From Alphaproteobacteria bacterium (GTDB taxonomy: Bacteria; Pseudomonadota; Alphaproteobacteria; CALKHQ01), in NCBI GenBank assembly GCA_965227515.1, contig CBDDFZ010000001.1:2976001-3040000 (forward strand): a DNA stretch of 64,000 nt, written 5' to 3'. Positions 63,067 to 64,000 of the stretch are shown in pieces. The notes beneath the pieces are model-generated. The model searched no databases. It had not been told where the DNA came from and was given only the letters and a program-made list of their open reading frames with translations. The number at the start of each line of letters is the position of its first letter. The stretch's first letter is position 1. Made by a program: the position numbers and the translations under genes.

Positions 63067-63142
63067 CTAGTGGTTCTGGTGTTTCCAACATTTGCAATCG
63101 GTGTAGCCGTTGCGACAGCAAATGTTGGAAACGAACCACTAG
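63067..63142. repeat. CTAG-flanked palindromic miniature element 2
   Basis: CTAGTGGTTC..GTTTCCAACATTTGC..GCAAATGTTGGAAACGAACCACTAG. Confidence 0.8.
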
Positions 63143-63169
63143 TGCCCGCCCCGACTGTGCCGTGACAGG

Positions 63170-64000
63170 CTAGCTGTTGTCTTCCTCGAACTGGCGCAAC
63201 AACTCGTTGCCGCGCTCGACCATGGCGTTCAGGGCTTCCTCGGCCGACTTCTGGCCGCCCCAGACCGCTTCCAGCTCCTCGTTGAAGATGTCGCGGATCT
63301 GCACGAAGCTGCCGAAGCGCAGGCCCTTCGAGTTCGCCGTCGGCTCGTTCAGGGTCATCTGGTTGATGGCCACGTCCGCGCCTTCGTTCTCGTCGTAGTA
63401 ACCCTGCTCCTTGGTCAGCTCATAGGCCGCATAGGTGATCGGCAGGTAACCGGTGAACTGGTGCCAGTCCGCCTGCACTTCGGCCGACGACAGATAGCTG
63501 AAGAACTGGGCGACACCCGGATACTGCGCGTCATCGTTGCCGGCAAGCACCCACAGCGTGGCGCCGCCGATGATGCTGTTCTGCGGCGCGCCCTCGACGT
63601 CGGGCCAGTACGGCAGCATCGACGTGCCGAACTCGAAGCCCTCGATCGAGGCAATGAGCCCCGCGCGGCCGGCCGACGAGTTGAAGTACATGGCGCAATG
63701 GCCGCTGGTGAACAGGCCCTGGCCATCACCGCGGCGGCCGCCATATTCGAAGATGCCCGATTCGGACCACTCTTCCATCGCGCTGATGTGGGCGATGTGC
63801 AGCGGGCTGTTGACCTCGAACTCCGTGGCCAGGCCCTCGAACCCGTTCGACAGCGTGCCGATCGGCACGTTGTGCCAGGCCGAGAAGTTCTCGATCATCA
63901 CCCACGACTGCCACGCGGTGGTGAAACCGCATTCGGCCAGGCCGGCGTCCAGAATGGTCTGGGCGTCCTCGGCCAGTTCCGGCCAGGTGGTCGGCGGGCC
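63170..64000 (-). CDS. ugpB: sn-glycerol-3-phosphate-binding protein, 5'-truncated by window edge
   Basis: ENFSAWHNVP, QNSIIGGATLWV, WHQFTGYLP, SKGLRFG; frame open to 64000. Confidence 0.9.
   Translation of the reverse strand, partial: GPPTTWPELAEDAQTILDAGLAECGFTTAWQSWVMIENFSAWHNVPIGTLSNGFEGLATEFEVNSPLHIAHISAMEEWSESGIFEYGGRRGDGQGLFTSGHCAMYFNSSAGRAGLIASIEGFEFGTSMLPYWPDVEGAPQNSIIGGATLWVLAGNDDAQYPGVAQFFSYLSSAEVQADWHQFTGYLPITYAAYELTKEQGYYDENEGADVAINQMTLNEPTANSKGLRFGSFVQIRDIFNEELEAVWGGQKSAEEALNAMVERGNELLRQFEEDNS

Overview
High-GC alphaproteobacterial chromosomal window (Rhodospirillales/Rhizobiales-like, inferred from the tRNA-Pro-NDUFS4-tRNA-Arg block, CGTC-type REPs and CtrA/LexA-like boxes). 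Most of it is housekeeping or catabolic: methyltransferases, cspA, aldolases, SulP, hydantoinase A/B, agmatinase, msrBA, liuABCD, putA, leucine dehydrogenase, nucleoside hydrolase and ugpBAE. Two loci stand out. (1) 28.7-39.5 kb: an ATP-grasp (Ddl-like) ligase, an MFS transporter fused to two extracytoplasmic sensor-like modules, and an orphan solute-binding protein lie divergently from a soluble GAF-PAS-PAS kinase, a receiver and a REC-REC-GGDEF-EAL gene, with CtrA-like boxes in between. This is a candidate peptide-signal/c-di-GMP system. (2) 40.7-46.5 kb: a gene for a ~1219-aa polymorphic-toxin-like protein (pre-toxin motif plus PD-(D/E)xK tip) is split in frame by an IS5 element. It has a LexA-like box in its promoter, a convergent candidate immunity gene and a degenerate duplicate fragment. 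The window also holds an IS630, several CTAG-targeting MITE-like elements, an unannotated 56-aa zinc-finger gene, an Aer2-like chemoreceptor and a triple TetR operator. No CRISPR array or rRNA was seen. All family calls come from motif recognition only; no database searches were run.
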